A stretch of 63,925 nt of DNA, counting the filler, from Choristocarpus tenellus KU-1152 (taxonomy: Eukaryota; Protista; Phaeophyceae), in NCBI GenBank assembly GCA_964200185.2. It is 10 parts of 10 records of this genome, joined end to end, with 100 filler letters (N's around TTAATTAATTAA, not from the genome) between each part and the next. Parts side by side here need not be neighbours in the genome. Positions count along the whole stretch, not along the records: positions 25,300 to 29,292 come from CAXNAD020016766.1; positions 29,393 to 33,306 come from CAXNAD020017181.1; positions 33,407 to 39,407 come from CAXNAD020009198.1; 7 more parts are not named here. One strand, 5' to 3'. Below, piece by piece: positions 27,029 to 39,507 of this stretch (its first letter is position 1; every line of letters begins with the position of its first letter). The notes under the pieces are model-generated. The model was given only the letters and a program-made list of their open reading frames with translations. It made no database searches and was not told the DNA's origin. Both the position numbers and the translations under genes were made by a program.

Positions 27029-28547
27029 CTATACCCCACCATTTCTCTTATGCGTCTTGTTGAAAGTTTCGAATCCTGTAAGGTTCACAAACTCTCATTT
27101 GAAGATCGAGAGCCTAGCTGCACACCTCTTCCAGTAACCTGTCTAATCTCGACAAAATACTCCTCAGTGAGGCCATCGTGCATTGCTCTTAACTGGGCGT
27201 CCTCGCAAAAGTCATCTTGAATCGACCTAATCTTCGCTATTATTTACATATAATTGAGAGCCAGATCTTCCCCAACAGGTGGAGAGATTTCAACTTGGAC
27301 CACAAAAGTGGTCTTTCCGTAATCCTGTTCCGAGCAAAATTGTTCCTAAGTGTCTCAAAAGCTTCTAACGGACGTTGTGGTTTACAGCCCTTTTGTTGTC
27401 CAAAGTCCAACTAAGTCTGCCACCAAGCTTTCATAGCCATGTTGGCTGCTTTTTAAGTTCTCTCTTAGTCCATCTCGTTCTACCATCCTTGACGCAGCTC
27501 CCTCTTATAATTGTTCTTGGAAAAAATAACTTTCTTCCATCAACCCATAGAAGCACGCGTAAGTAAGTTTCTTTAGAAACTTGGATAACCTTCCTCCCGT
27601 CATCATCGTCGTTCCATATCATGAACTTCGCAGGGAGTGAGTTGAGTCGTTGCAGGCCCTCTCCTGCAGTCCTTGCACGGTGGGCGTTTCTGCTAACCGT
27701 CTCCTCGTTTTCACCAATCCTTGAAGTTGGGCTCGACTTCCTCCCACAATATTCAACTGTCGTTGCTGGTGTCGTCCCTCCATGCTCTACACTTCTTATA
27801 GCACACCTGCTGTTGTGAAAGGGCAAGTGCTCATCAGCAGTTGCACGAAATTTCGTCCCCAATGCTCCACTCTGTCACAGAGCACTAATATGACAACATC
27901 AAAGGTCTGAGAATTACGATTCCTATTACTATAGGACCCCATCCAGAGCAATCTATCAATTGGCCAGGGGGTTATTTCTACAGTAATTTGTGGGGTGAAC
28001 ACCCGTAATGAGGAATATCGGACGCGTGTTAATGACACTTCACACAATCCGGGATACCAGTCTTTTTTTTCTTACGGATTAGTACATTTCTCTGCCATAA
28101 AGTCGAAGCAGTGAAACCAAGAAGTCTGTACACATGTATTAGAAGAGCATGCATTTCTATACATACTACATTGCAAAATGTCTAGTGCGACTGAGTAAGT
28201 AGTGTCGTATAGTCTGTCAACATTCTGAACAGTTGTGTCAAGCATGCGTAGCACTGCAGAGCACTTTGTATCGCCCTGAAACTCAAAGAAGCAATCTCCA
28301 AATTGACGCCATTTGTCCTTCGACATACTTCTCATGTTCCTAACAGTGGTCTTCAGTTGAAGCTATTCATTTCAATGCTATCAACCATGTAATTTTCTTG
28401 AAATTGACGCATAAGTACACTCATACACAAATGTGCCTGCCTTGTTCTTCATACGAACAAACGAAAAAAACGTTCATCATTCCTTGTTTGCTATACAAAA
28501 AGGTTCCTTAGTCATCCATATACAATTCCACTTTTACGCCTCCACCA

Positions 28548-28600
28548 GAGTCAAAGAATTTAAAAGGGTAGACCCGCCTCCGTTTGGGGTCCAAATCTAG
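28548..28600 (-). mobile_element. MITE family B terminal fragment
   Basis: GAGTCAAAGAATTT + 16 nt + CTCCGTTTGGGGTCCAAATC matches the reverse complement of the B right end. Confidence 0.6.
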
Positions 28601-29251
28601 GTCTTACTGAAAGCAACCCCACGCTGTTTGGGTTTCTATCCAATATTGACCTATTCTATTCCAAGCTGTCACTCAGATAGGCTAAGCAAATAAAGAATTG
28701 GGTAACAAATGCCTACACCATCAGAGCTTTAAATTTTCTTTGGGATCTGACCTAGAATTTGACAACAAAACAAGATATCACTCAAACCGGTCAATTGATT
28801 AAAGGGCCTCAGAAGACAGACACACCAGGAAAGAAACCCTTACTTGGTAGTGCTATTGATGATGTTTCTCCCTATGGAATTGATAGTAGTGGTTGACCCC
28901 CACGCAATAAACGCTCCTCCAAGCTCTAAAGAAGTGATATTAATGTAAGTTCCACCTCCGACTATGACGCTCTTTCCTGGATGCACTTCACTCAATGTCT
29001 ACTTTTCGTCTTTCAAAAAATTATTTCGACTCCAACCCTTCAGTGGAAGACACCTACAACGATTTACCCCTCAAAATGGCCACATTGCAATCCCCTTAAT
29101 CAAACCCCAGCAATAAAGCATTTTCCCGAACCTACTGCATCAGTGGGTTAAGACTTTGCTACGCCTCGAATGTGTAGCATAAAGTCAGCTTATTATTGGC
29201 ATACATCCGGAATCCAAAATTACTCTAAACAGGCCCAAACTGTGGAGTTTT

Positions 29252-29292
29252 GGGTCAAAGTATCTGGGAGGGGGTGGCGGTTGTCCATTTGG
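29252..29292 (+). mobile_element. MITE family A left end at contig end
   Basis: GGGTCAAAGTATCT-G-rich spacer-GTCCATTTGG. Confidence 0.85.
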
Positions 29293-29392
29293 NNNNNNNN
29301 NNNNNNNNNNNNNNNNNNNNNNNNNNNNNNNNNNNNTTAATTAATTAANNNNNNNNNNNNNNNNNNNNNNNNNNNNNNNNNNNNNNNNNNNN

Positions 29393-29541
29393 GTAAAATG
29401 TATACGATATGAAAAGGTGTGTCCGGAATAAGGATACTGACACTTCCTAACAAACACGATAGCCAAAATTACATCCAAATCGCAACATTGGATTTTGGTC
29501 CTCAAAAGGACGCGGCCCTATCCTCTAAGATACTTTGGGTC
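29393..29541 (+). mobile_element. MITE family B right half at contig start
   Basis: Colinear with 26880-27028; ends TAAGATACTTTGGGTC. Confidence 0.85.
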
Positions 29542-29570
29542 AAAAACATCTGGAAGAGAAAAGAGGGTCA

Positions 29571-29748
29571 GACCCAAAGTATCTGTGGGAGGGGGGGGGG
29601 TCTACACCAGAGTGTCCATTCGGACCAAAACCAGAAAAAGTGCACTTTCATTATCCATCCAACGTATGGAACCAAATCACCATAAAATCGAGACATGAAA
29701 AATTGGCTCCAAATGAACAGCCGCCACCCCCCCCAGATACTTTGAGCC
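29571..29748 (-). mobile_element. MITE family A, full copy
   Basis: Reverse complement of 12251-12428; flanks TCA/TCT. Confidence 0.9.
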
Positions 29749-30438
29749 TCTAGAGACCTGACCTAACATGGAAATGGTCGGAGGACAGGAATCAGCTCTT
29801 CGGTGCTTGGCCTCTTTGTGCAACACATAATACATAGATGCGGAAGACAGGGCCTTGCGTTAGGACACATAAGATAGGGGTTCAGTGAGAGAAGTCATTT
29901 TATTATAAGTGCTTGGACACTTTGTTTAACATAGTCACATAACGACTTTCGTCAAAGAAATTCCGTTTTTGAACAGAAAAATTCAACATAGAAGTCGATA
30001 CTTTCCAACAGAATAGATTTCATGTTTATTTTCCGGTTTATCATTACACAATTTTCCCAATAGCTGCAACGTGATCTTTTCAACCTTGAATTATCTCAAC
30101 GAAAAGCCTCTTCTCAAAATTCGTTTGTCTTACTGACCAGAGGGCAACCAACAGAAATTCTGGACGACCCCCTGCTCGCCCTATGCTCTAACTGACACCA
30201 CAATTCAGCGAAGACTCTTTTGCAGTTGTATGAAATGACGTTCTCTTGCTTCCACGAGATCTTTATAATGCATCCTGCCTACCTCTCAGTTGCTTGGACT
30301 CAATATTATCTATGAAACAAGAAAATGTTGCGGGTTCAATCAGAGACCCCTTTTTAAGCGACCCTAAAGTAAGGAGAGTTAGGCGATCAGGCGACCATTT
30401 TTATGTTACAGGCGACGTGTCTTAATGACGGTTCCGTA

Positions 30439-30632
30439 GGTTCAAAGTATCTGGGGGGGGGGGGGGGGGTGCTGGCTGTCCATTCGGGACCCATTTTTCC
30501 ATGTCGCAATTTTTTGGTGATTTGGTTGCATGCGTCCGATGGACAATGTAAACTGGACTTCTCCTGGTCAGGGTCTGAATGGACACTCCGGTGTAGAACC
30601 CCTACCTCCCCCCCCAAAAAATACTTTGAGCC
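30439..30632 (+). mobile_element. MITE family A, full copy (nested)
   Basis: GGTTCAAAGTATCT ... AATACTTTGAGCC; expanded G tract; flanks GTA/ATA. Confidence 0.9.
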
Positions 30633-30639
30633 ATATATT

Positions 30640-30896
30640 GAGTCAAACTAAAAGAGAGGTACCCAGGTTTTGGCCATTTTGCATCTTAAGTAATTTTTTT
30701 TCTTTTGCAATGCACCCATATCTCTATGGATGGAGCGCAAGTTTGACTTGGGAGCGTTAATTTCTCTATTATTTGGAATTTTTGGACAGAAAGTGAGAAA
30801 ATATCTTACACGCATTTGTAAAAATGTCAAATTTTGCACATAGTTGTCAGCATCCCTTAAAATGCAACTCAGGGTACCTCTTGTTTATTTCGCCTC
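30640..30896 (-). mobile_element. MITE family C, full copy (257 bp, nested)
   Basis: Reverse homolog of 17391-17647 with identical length; 3-bp TSD ATT/ATT. Confidence 0.85.
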
Positions 30897-31649
30897 ATTA
30901 TGACCTTCATGTCCTAGATTTTATATATTTGTACTTCTTGAATGTTCATTTATTATCTAGTCATTATGACGCCATTCACTTGCCAAACATGGTTGTCCAG
31001 TCCTTCTTATGTACCCTAATCAAATCAATGAAGAGATTAATCGAAGTGAGAAGTCGGGAAGATTTTATTACATTTCCATTAAGGAGCCTTCTACAAGCCT
31101 CGTGTTGCGTCAACAGGGTAGTACATTGGAGGTACCCATCCCATGAAGATAGTCTTAGGAGATTTTTTGTAACACATATGTTGGTACAAATAATATTGTA
31201 TTAATTTCGTATCATGAGGCATGTTAGGGTTCAAACTATTTTTGATAGATATGCCTAGAAGTGTAAAGACATGCTGTCTGTCAGCAAGGCTAGTTAGAAC
31301 CCTATTTGTGGTAAAATTGCGAAGAGATTTGAAGCTCCAATATATTAGGTTGTATATGGATGATGAAGCTCATAGAAGGCTCCAAAAAAGAAATGTCGTC
31401 AAGTATGATTGATCTCTCACTTGGATTATTCACTTTATTGCTTTCATGGGGGTAATAAATCGGACTGAACAAAGGTGTACCACCTCTATGCGGTATCATA
31501 GTGACTAAACGAGAAATAAGTAGCGGGGAAGTATAAATATATATAAAATCTACGAGTTCAGGGTCAAAATGATGCTTCTGAAACGGTCATTAAGACATGT
31601 CGCCTGTGACAGAAAAAGTCACCTCCGTGCGTTTACCTCATCCAGACGA

Positions 31650-32110
31650 ACCCATGGTCTGACCAGTCAGTCCACTCTCACCGAGTGGTTTTGTACTGTC
31701 TTCCTATTACACGTGAGGAGGAGAGAGGCTTCCAACCCTTCTGTTCTGCCTCTCATGGACAACTGCACTGCTCATAGTGAGCTGATCGATATAAAGGGGC
31801 AGGTGACAGAGAGGGTGTTCCTGTCTAACTGCATGTCACCAGTAAACACCAGCTGATGGAACAGGGTTTCATTGCTGCATGTATTTCACGCTACTCCAGG
31901 ATGGATGTGTTTCATGTGCTGGTATTATCTACTGCATCTCAGCTATGGCAAGTAGGAGGTGCATGGCAGAAATGGTTCGGGGTGTGACTGGATTGAGTGA
32001 GGGCTAAAACATTCATATACTAGATGCTTCTGAGATTGGGATCGTGGCTTGTGATAAGCTCACGGAGAGGACCCTTCTACTCCAGTGCCAGGTAAACCTA
32101 CTTATTTTGT
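31650..32110 (+). pseudogene. pogo/Tigger-type (DDE_1) transposase remnant
   Basis: TEWFCTVFLLHVRR...VLPLMDNCTAH...VFLSNCMS / frameshift / HQLMEQGFIAA ... HILDA matches the pogo LLMDNxxAH...FLPPNxTS..QPMDQGII motifs; contains stops and frameshifts. Confidence 0.7.
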
Positions 32111-33406
32111 CTTATCCTGCTAGTCAGTGTCCTTAACCGCCTGCACCACACATTCATACCCCTAGATTGTGCTTCTACTGTTTGGTTTGACAATAGATCC
32201 CTGTTTCTACTCTACACCCCACCCACCTCCTGATTCTGACCATAGACGGCGGCTAAACGCGAGTATGCCCAATGCCCAAAAGCAAACTGAGCTGGCTGCA
32301 GTGGGTGGGTCATGGTGCACGTCATTATAGTGTGTACACGACCAAAACATGTCCATGATCTCAGAGAGGAGGGGAAGGGAGACTGTGTGACCTTGACTTG
32401 AAGCAAGATTTAAGGCTGGCGATATCCTGACAAACAACACCGTCACAAGGGCTCAGGAATTGCTGCAACTCTAAGAAGTGCAATACGATTTAGTGGGGGC
32501 CTTGGTGCAGGACCTCAGGGATGAGGTAATGGAGGTAGTATGTGTTCCAAAACTGCGAGTCAAGGCCGGTGAGGGAGAAGTTGAATTGTCAGGAGGCCAG
32601 AGCGAGATGGGAATGGTGGTGGTGATGATGGTGATGGCAGTAGAGGGGTGAATCTTCCTCTACCTCCATTTGTTGGAGTAGACCATATTTTCTTGAAATG
32701 GGGGCAAAGCGAAAGAGAGTGGATTAGAGCAGGCCTGCTGCGCATTGATTGCTGGAAAAAGTAATAATAATACTTCGATGCAGACAGATATCATACAACA
32801 GTCCTTACTTGATGGATTGTGTGTGTGTTGCAGTATGTGCCTCTCTTGTCGTCACAAACAACGTTGTAAGACACATCATCATACCTTACTAAATACAGGG
32901 ACTTGCGGAACCACAGTTGTTTTGAAAATGACGTATTTTTGAGGTAATTAAAATCTATTACGATCCTTTCTTTGAAACGTGTCCACTTTGAAAGATACAT
33001 TACATCCGAAATGGCTAAATGGCGAAACTTCGTTTAAAATCTGGGCTTCCATCAAATAGGTAAGTTGGGTTAGTTGGGTAAGTTCTAGCAGTGTTTTGGT
33101 TTGGGACATTGAAATATGGATATGGACTTACGTAACCATTTTTTTTTCCTAATTTAAATGTTCTTCCTTGCAATATGTCGTGTATGTCATTTCACGTTAC
33201 TACAACAAAAGTATTACCAAAGTTGAAAAGTATTGTGTGAATCGTGTGATTCTGTGGCGGCGTGGTTCACTCAGGCAAGGGTGGCGAAGAGAATCACCGG
33301 GCAAGANNNNNNNNNNNNNNNNNNNNNNNNNNNNNNNNNNNNNNNNNNNNTTAATTAATTAANNNNNNNNNNNNNNNNNNNNNNNNNNNNNNNNNNNNNN
33401 NNNNNN

Positions 33407-33449
33407 GCCCCCTCACAAACCACTCCCCCCTCCCCAGATACTTTGACCC
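33407..33449 (-). mobile_element. MITE family A terminus at contig start
   Basis: polyC-AGATACTTTGACCC. Confidence 0.7.
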
Positions 33450-33546
33450 AAGTAAGAGTAGCTAGCATCCCAACCCTGTGCTAATTGTACTACAGCTCGC
33501 TAAACCTACTATTATATGTTAATGGTCTAACCCTATTGATTGGCAG

Positions 33547-34983
33547 GACTATTTGGGACCACTCTTTCTGGAACTGGTGGGCTGAAGTTGAAATTTATGA
33601 TGGTCCGGGCTGCACAGCATGCTCGTATCAAGGTTGGCAAGATCCATCTTCTGCTCGCCTCTTTAAAGAAGGATGCCCCAATGCACGTAAACAGTACAAG
33701 AGGATCTTCACAGGCGAAAAATTCCCTAAAAACCCTAAAATAATTGAGCTGGATGGAGGTATGTGATACATATACTAGTATTGTGTAGGAGAGATCTCAG
33801 GTTGTGTTTATGTCGCGTTGTGCTCTTTCAGCGTTCTGTTTAGAAGATTCACAGACTGTCAACACTTTCCGCAGACAAGTACATTGGTCTAGTGTTGAAT
33901 AGTTCAAATAGCCATCAACCCGAAACTATTATGAGGATGAGAGGATGCCGTCCTTTACAGCGATTTATGCAATTGCAACAGGACAAGAGAGGTAAAGATA
34001 CTATTAATAACTTCTTTGTGGCAAGGATTTTCTGAGCTGATTTGTGTTCTAGTAAGGGGAGGTTATCCAACAAAGAGAATATGAAATTACGTGACATCCA
34101 CAAATGTTTTCCCTGGTTAAACTTCTCCACCATGTACAATACATCTGCATTGAGCCTATACTTGAGGTTAATGCATCTTACTTTTCGTCTCTTGCAATGT
34201 TTGTGAGCTTTGGACATTTGACATTATTATTTCAAACTGATACCGGCTCTAACATCTTGTACCGCCTTTGTTTTTCGCAATTTACCTAAAGGGTCTGAAA
34301 CGGTATGTGGTCACTGGGACGAGGTGAGGCTTGTATTGGTCTTCCTTGGAAGTATCCATTTTCAGTTCATTCTACTCGTGAAAGAAGTAGATGTATTTAA
34401 AGCTTCAGTTTGGAAATATTATCATAATTGTCACCTTTTACTTTTGTTGAAAATTCTTACCTTTTGCCCTTGGTGTCAAAGTATCGCAATTGAACATGTG
34501 ACTTAGGGAACGTATCCAATGTTTGAATCTTTATAACAGGATATTTTTGGAAATGAGCTAATGACAGCATATATCAATGACGGAGATAACCCACTGAGCA
34601 AGATTACTGTTGCTGCTCTTGGTGACCTTGGATACATTGTTAAACTAAACAAGGTGAGTTTTTTAATATTCTGGAAACAATTTGTAAAAGAACACCTTAT
34701 AAAGTAAGGCTAGTAAAATGCCATCATGATTTTTTTGGCTTTTACCATTCGGCTTCAACATTTTTTCCTTTAATTTCAATGGTGATACTACCTAATGATA
34801 GGTTTCCCTGTCTCTACAATCCAGGCGGATGACTACAGCCTCCCGACAGGGAACTCTGATGAGAAACCTAGTGGAAAGCTCTACCTCATGAATGACATCA
34901 AGACAGGACATGTCCAAACAATCAAACGCACTGATGGCAGTTTGGTTGGCAAATTTGTGAATAGGGTTCCAGTTAAGGATTGA
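33547..34983 (+). CDS. Leishmanolysin-like (peptidase M8) zinc metalloprotease, 3' part
   Basis: In-phase exons 33547-33758, 34292-34323, 34540-34653 and 34825-34983 give TIW...IELDGGSETVCGHWDEDIFGNELMTAYINDGDNPLSKITVAALGDLGY...ADDYSLP. This contains the third Zn ligand (HW), the Met-turn (ELMT) and the DLGY motif. The HEXXH exon is not on this contig. Confidence 0.85.
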
Positions 34984-37379
34984 ACTTTTCATTTCATGAG
35001 TAAGCTTCGATGTATTGTGGAAAGCAGATGTTCAGAATCTTGCCTGGTCTTACCTCGACCTTCTCCTGTCATTTTGTTCCCTCTCATGTCTGCAAGCGCC
35101 TCTATGACTTTTCTTCTTGACCCCTTGCTATTGTAATTCAGCGCTGCGAGACTTTTTGCTTGAAGAGAAAATAACCTGAGAATGGCTTCAAGTTGATGGG
35201 TGACACGCTTATGTTCTTGCCTATCGTAGGCAAGGTCATAGGGAAGACGGGTAAGGGGCAGAAAATGGGAAAGTCAGATAGCCAGTCCAAGTTTACACAA
35301 TTCGGTGAACACGCCATACAATTTATGACTACAAAAGGCGTGACTCCAAGAATGGCACAAATGGTAGTGAGTGGTGGGAGGGATCGAAATTCTATGATCC
35401 TCTCTGAATGAATCAATCAATTTCACACTTTCCATTAATTTGCTGTTAGAAAGAGGTTATTGATTGACACTAATCCTCTTACATGAAGTCACCAAGAAAA
35501 ATGAGAGTTGTTTGTCAACTTCATTTCCCTCTCATCAAATATGATCTTCTCCAGTGTCTTTCTGCAAGCTAAATAGATACGTGATCTATGGGGATTTGCA
35601 CAAAAGTTCCCCAGTTTTCATCCAGATGCTACCAGGTGAACATTGCAGAGAGAAAGGGACAAGTACTATACATCGACATCAGACTCATTTCATAGCCTTT
35701 GACCCTATAGCATCAACACGAACAATTGCCATTTGTGGAGGGACATGATGGCAATTGGGGCAGTCCGATGGAAAAATGTGTCACAAAAATTAGATAAAAA
35801 AATATTACTATTTATGTAATACTGATAATGGATATTAATGTCGGAAACCAAGACACCGCATTTTGCACCAATGACATTTAACGCAGGATATCTTGAGTCA
35901 AGAGTCAGTTATTAAAGACCAGAGTGATATTTCCTCGATATATTCTTGTTTGTGAGTTCTGTGAGATGGAACTATTTTTTTTCATTAATACTCTAGTTTA
36001 TCACAGTTAAGGTGCTTGTTGAAGTAAATCTGAATCTTGCTACGTATCGTGCCGGGGTGTACATATGCTCTGTTGGCATTCTAAGGCTGATAAATATCAC
36101 TATGTCGTCCTACAATACCTTACCCCTCTCTGTCGTTCCAGTGACTGGTGAATTGAAGATATTTGAAATGGCCCCAAGAATGGTGGCTAATATGCTACAT
36201 TTAAGTCGTACCACAAATTCTCCTATCTCTTCTCATTTTTGAAACACTATGCACAAATAAGTCTAAGGACACCAATACTCGGACACAGTCCATAAACAGC
36301 TCCTATTCCCAATCAAGAAAGCCAGGCGAATGGCAACGAACAATTTTTGAAAGTCAGTGTTACAATATATAATCTTTGTACTTCAAATGACCAAAAACAT
36401 CTATGTTGGGTCGTTTTTGAATGCAAAGAGGATTAGTTCTCCGACAGACACAGGTACATAATGTAGATACACAAAAAAATCAGCCTTCTCCAACTCGAAA
36501 TGAAGTCGGTGGGACGACCCGAGTCAACAGATATCCTAACCCCAAACCTTGATATTGTGCCTTCCACATTTGTCTTCTAGTTTAGAAATCAGACTTTGAG
36601 TTGTAAAGAACATGAACATTTTGTTAAAAGATAGGCTATACATATTTTGTGTCATTGAATACTATATTGTATTGCCAGTTCATTTTGACTGTTGATTCGC
36701 ACATCAGGACTGGTCGTTACTCACATTGACATCATTCGTACCTCATCATAGGATCATCACTGTTACATCTTCATTTTTCATACCAAATATGGAACAGTCG
36801 ACATCTTGCAAACATACAAGCATAGTATGCACCATATGAGATATCCCAGATATGGATTCAAGTTTTTTCTTTGTTTTCTGATCTTCTCATCAGAACTATC
36901 ACTTGTATCTCGTATGTTGATTATTTTGTTTCTCTGGTTGGGCTTGCCTTCACGTAGACCTTGAGCTCACTCTGCACTAGGTGAACCTGTCACACAACTG
37001 AATGCAATATATTCAGAGTAAAAACACGCACAAAACCCTTCTTTGCAAGATGAGGAGCCTCTACACAGATCACGAATCTCTTCCTTTAAGCGCACAAAGG
37101 AATACCCAACATCACTACATCAGATAACCCCTAATTGTGCAAAGCACATGTCTCTAGGTTCATCACCCAGAATTCACTGGTGCTTCATTGCATGTTGACA
37201 CCCCTTCCTCACAGCCAATCTGGCACCGTACAAAAGCACGATTTATTCAATCCCAGGTTTCAACACATTTTGATATCTTGCATACACAGCAGGCACTTGC
37301 CTTGAGCAAGAGACTGAACACATAATATGTGTTGAAATGAAATCGACTATAAGAACTATTCGTTCTGTATTCCACACCC

Positions 37380-37723
37380 GCCGGGGAATACTCCAACGAC
37401 AGTACCCTCAGATGTTCCTTAGTTACTCTTGGCTCCCTCCATTCCGATGAGAGACCGTGTGTAAGAAACGTTTTGCTCCACTTCCTCCGCGTCCCTGGTT
37501 CCCCCTTGAATGCAGGTTGTATTGAGGAATATTTCTTCAGTTTTGGGGCAAATACAGGTCTAGCCCCCACAGCCACCGTATCTCTAGCCCCAGCCCTAAC
37601 CTCGCCCCCTTGCGAAGCTGATATCCCATCATAACTCTCACCCCCCCCTCGGGTCATTGTCGGTTCTTCCATTCCGTCATCAATGGAGTTTAGACTTGAA
37701 TCGAATCTTGATCTGGGCATCAT
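37380..37723 (-). pseudogene. Possible Ty1/Copia gag N-terminal remnant
   Basis: Low-complexity N-terminus followed by PAFKGEPGTRRKWSKTFL, resembling the gag 'P.F.G..y..W...F' motif. No pol sequence or clear LTR pair seen. Confidence 0.4.
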
Positions 37724-38566
37724 ATTTTATCTTGACTCCTTCCCGGTGATAGGTAAAATCCAAGTATAATAACTACGCAAGCACGCTTATAGAGTGAGTG
37801 CTATAGCATGTTAAGCTATCCTTGACGATCTGTTGTCCCACACAACCAGCTATATTATTGTGTATTAGTTTGTATCACAGTTGAGAAGAGAGTGAGATAC
37901 CATCACTAGGTGGGGCTCACCAATCCTTACATTGAATGACTCTGAATATCAAAATGACTCAACAGGTCTCTAGTACATGTCAGAAACACTCCGACTCTGA
38001 CAGTCCGCCAATTACTTCTGGTCAAATGCCCTAACCCTAAATATCATTAATATCCAAAATTATCGTCTGTGCGTACATAAAATAATACTTCTAGTCATAT
38101 TCTCACAAATGTCAAGCATAATCTTGACACTGCTACAAGCACAATGTATTGATATTGAGCCAAACCAATTGAGAGGTAGGCAGGTTTGGAACCTTTTGCA
38201 TTCTAAGCCATCTTTCTTACCTTGTGCAATACACCCTATTTTATTGTTCTATGTGCACAATAGTGTATGCAAGATCGATATTTCCCCCTTGCCACACAAA
38301 AGCTTACACCACAACCAAAGGCTTCTTTCTACGATTGTACAAAATGACGTCTTCTAACTCTTGCTCATGATCCTTGAAATGCAGTCTTGCCTGTCTTTCA
38401 ATTAGTTTGGTTAATTGATGTTACTATGTGGTACATGGCTGACCGTATCACTCTTGGTCACACACGGCCTAAATATGAGCAAGAAATTTCCTGGAATGAT
38501 ATTCTCATTCAAGGTCTTACTTCCACTGTTTGGAACTAAGTGTATTATAACTTTTGTTGATTTTTA

Positions 38567-39407
38567 TGGGTGTATTTCCCTGACACTAAAAGGTTGCCCA
38601 CCAAAATCTCAACCAAAATGGGGCAGCCTACACCTATCTATGATTTCGCCCCCAAAGCCGTCCAAAACTCCATTCTAGCACAATGTTTCGCCACATCCAA
38701 CCAAGGTATTCAGGGGGAGCTTGCCCATCTTCTCAGCCTCTTCCTTGCTAAGATGGGGAATTTCGAAGATGTTGTAACGTCTAGACCCTAGCACTTCACC
38801 GTAGACCGCGAAGACGCTCTGCCAGACGTGCTCTAGTGTCTCCTGGGAGTACAATTTGAACGCCTCCATTGTGACCTCCACCAGCTCCTCTTTGTGGTCA
38901 ACACCACATCTTCCTTCAGTTGACGGATGGAAGGAAAGAACCCCAGGTTGTTGATGTGGAGGTCAGGTGAGTTGGCTGGCTGGGTCTCTATGACAATGTC
39001 GTCCCAAGCCGCCTCCTTGATTGCCTCCACGATCCCCCCCTTGGTGTGTGGCTTTGCTCTGTCCTGCTGCATGAAGATGTCGTGTCCTTCCGGCCTAGGC
39101 ATGTGAGCCTTGATTACCAGGATGAAATGCTTGATCATGTGCTTCTTACACCTATTCCCATCCACCGTGTTCGGCACAAGCACCTTGGTGCCCTTGGAGC
39201 AGTGTTTGCTGGAGTGCTGAGCGACCCTAGTGTCCATGATTGACCAGATACCGATTTTTCCATCGAATCACACCCCATTGGAGAGCTCCGAGGATGGGCC
39301 ACAGTGGCAAGGAAAACCACCTTCGTAATATGACTCTTATTCTGTGCCCGCAGGATTTGGGGGGGGTCCTCAGTGGGTGCAGGTGCACACCTTGCCCATC
39401 TTCAAGG
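38567..39407 (-). mobile_element. Mariner (plant-type DD39D-like) transposon, 3' half, frameshifted
   Basis: Motifs HITKVVFLATVAHPR, SKHCSKGT, FMQQDRAKPH and QPANSPDLHINNLGFF across three frames; probable right terminus next to TA at 38565-38566; truncated by the contig end. Confidence 0.9.
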
Positions 39408-39507
39408 NNNNNNNNNNNNNNNNNNNNNNNNNNNNNNNNNNNNNNNNNNNNTTAATTAATTAANNNNNNNNNNNNNNNNNNNNNNNNNNNNNNNNNNNNN
39501 NNNNNNN

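Larger units (their letters stand above)
30388..31625. mobile_element. Non-autonomous TIR element (~47-bp TIRs) hosting nested MITEs
   Basis: CAGGCGACCATTTTTATGTTACAGGCGACGTGTCTTAATGACGGTTCC (from 30388) is an inverted match to GAAACGGTCATTAAGACATGTCGCCTGTGACAGAAAAAGTCACCTC (31580-31625). No convincing TSD. Confidence 0.7.
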
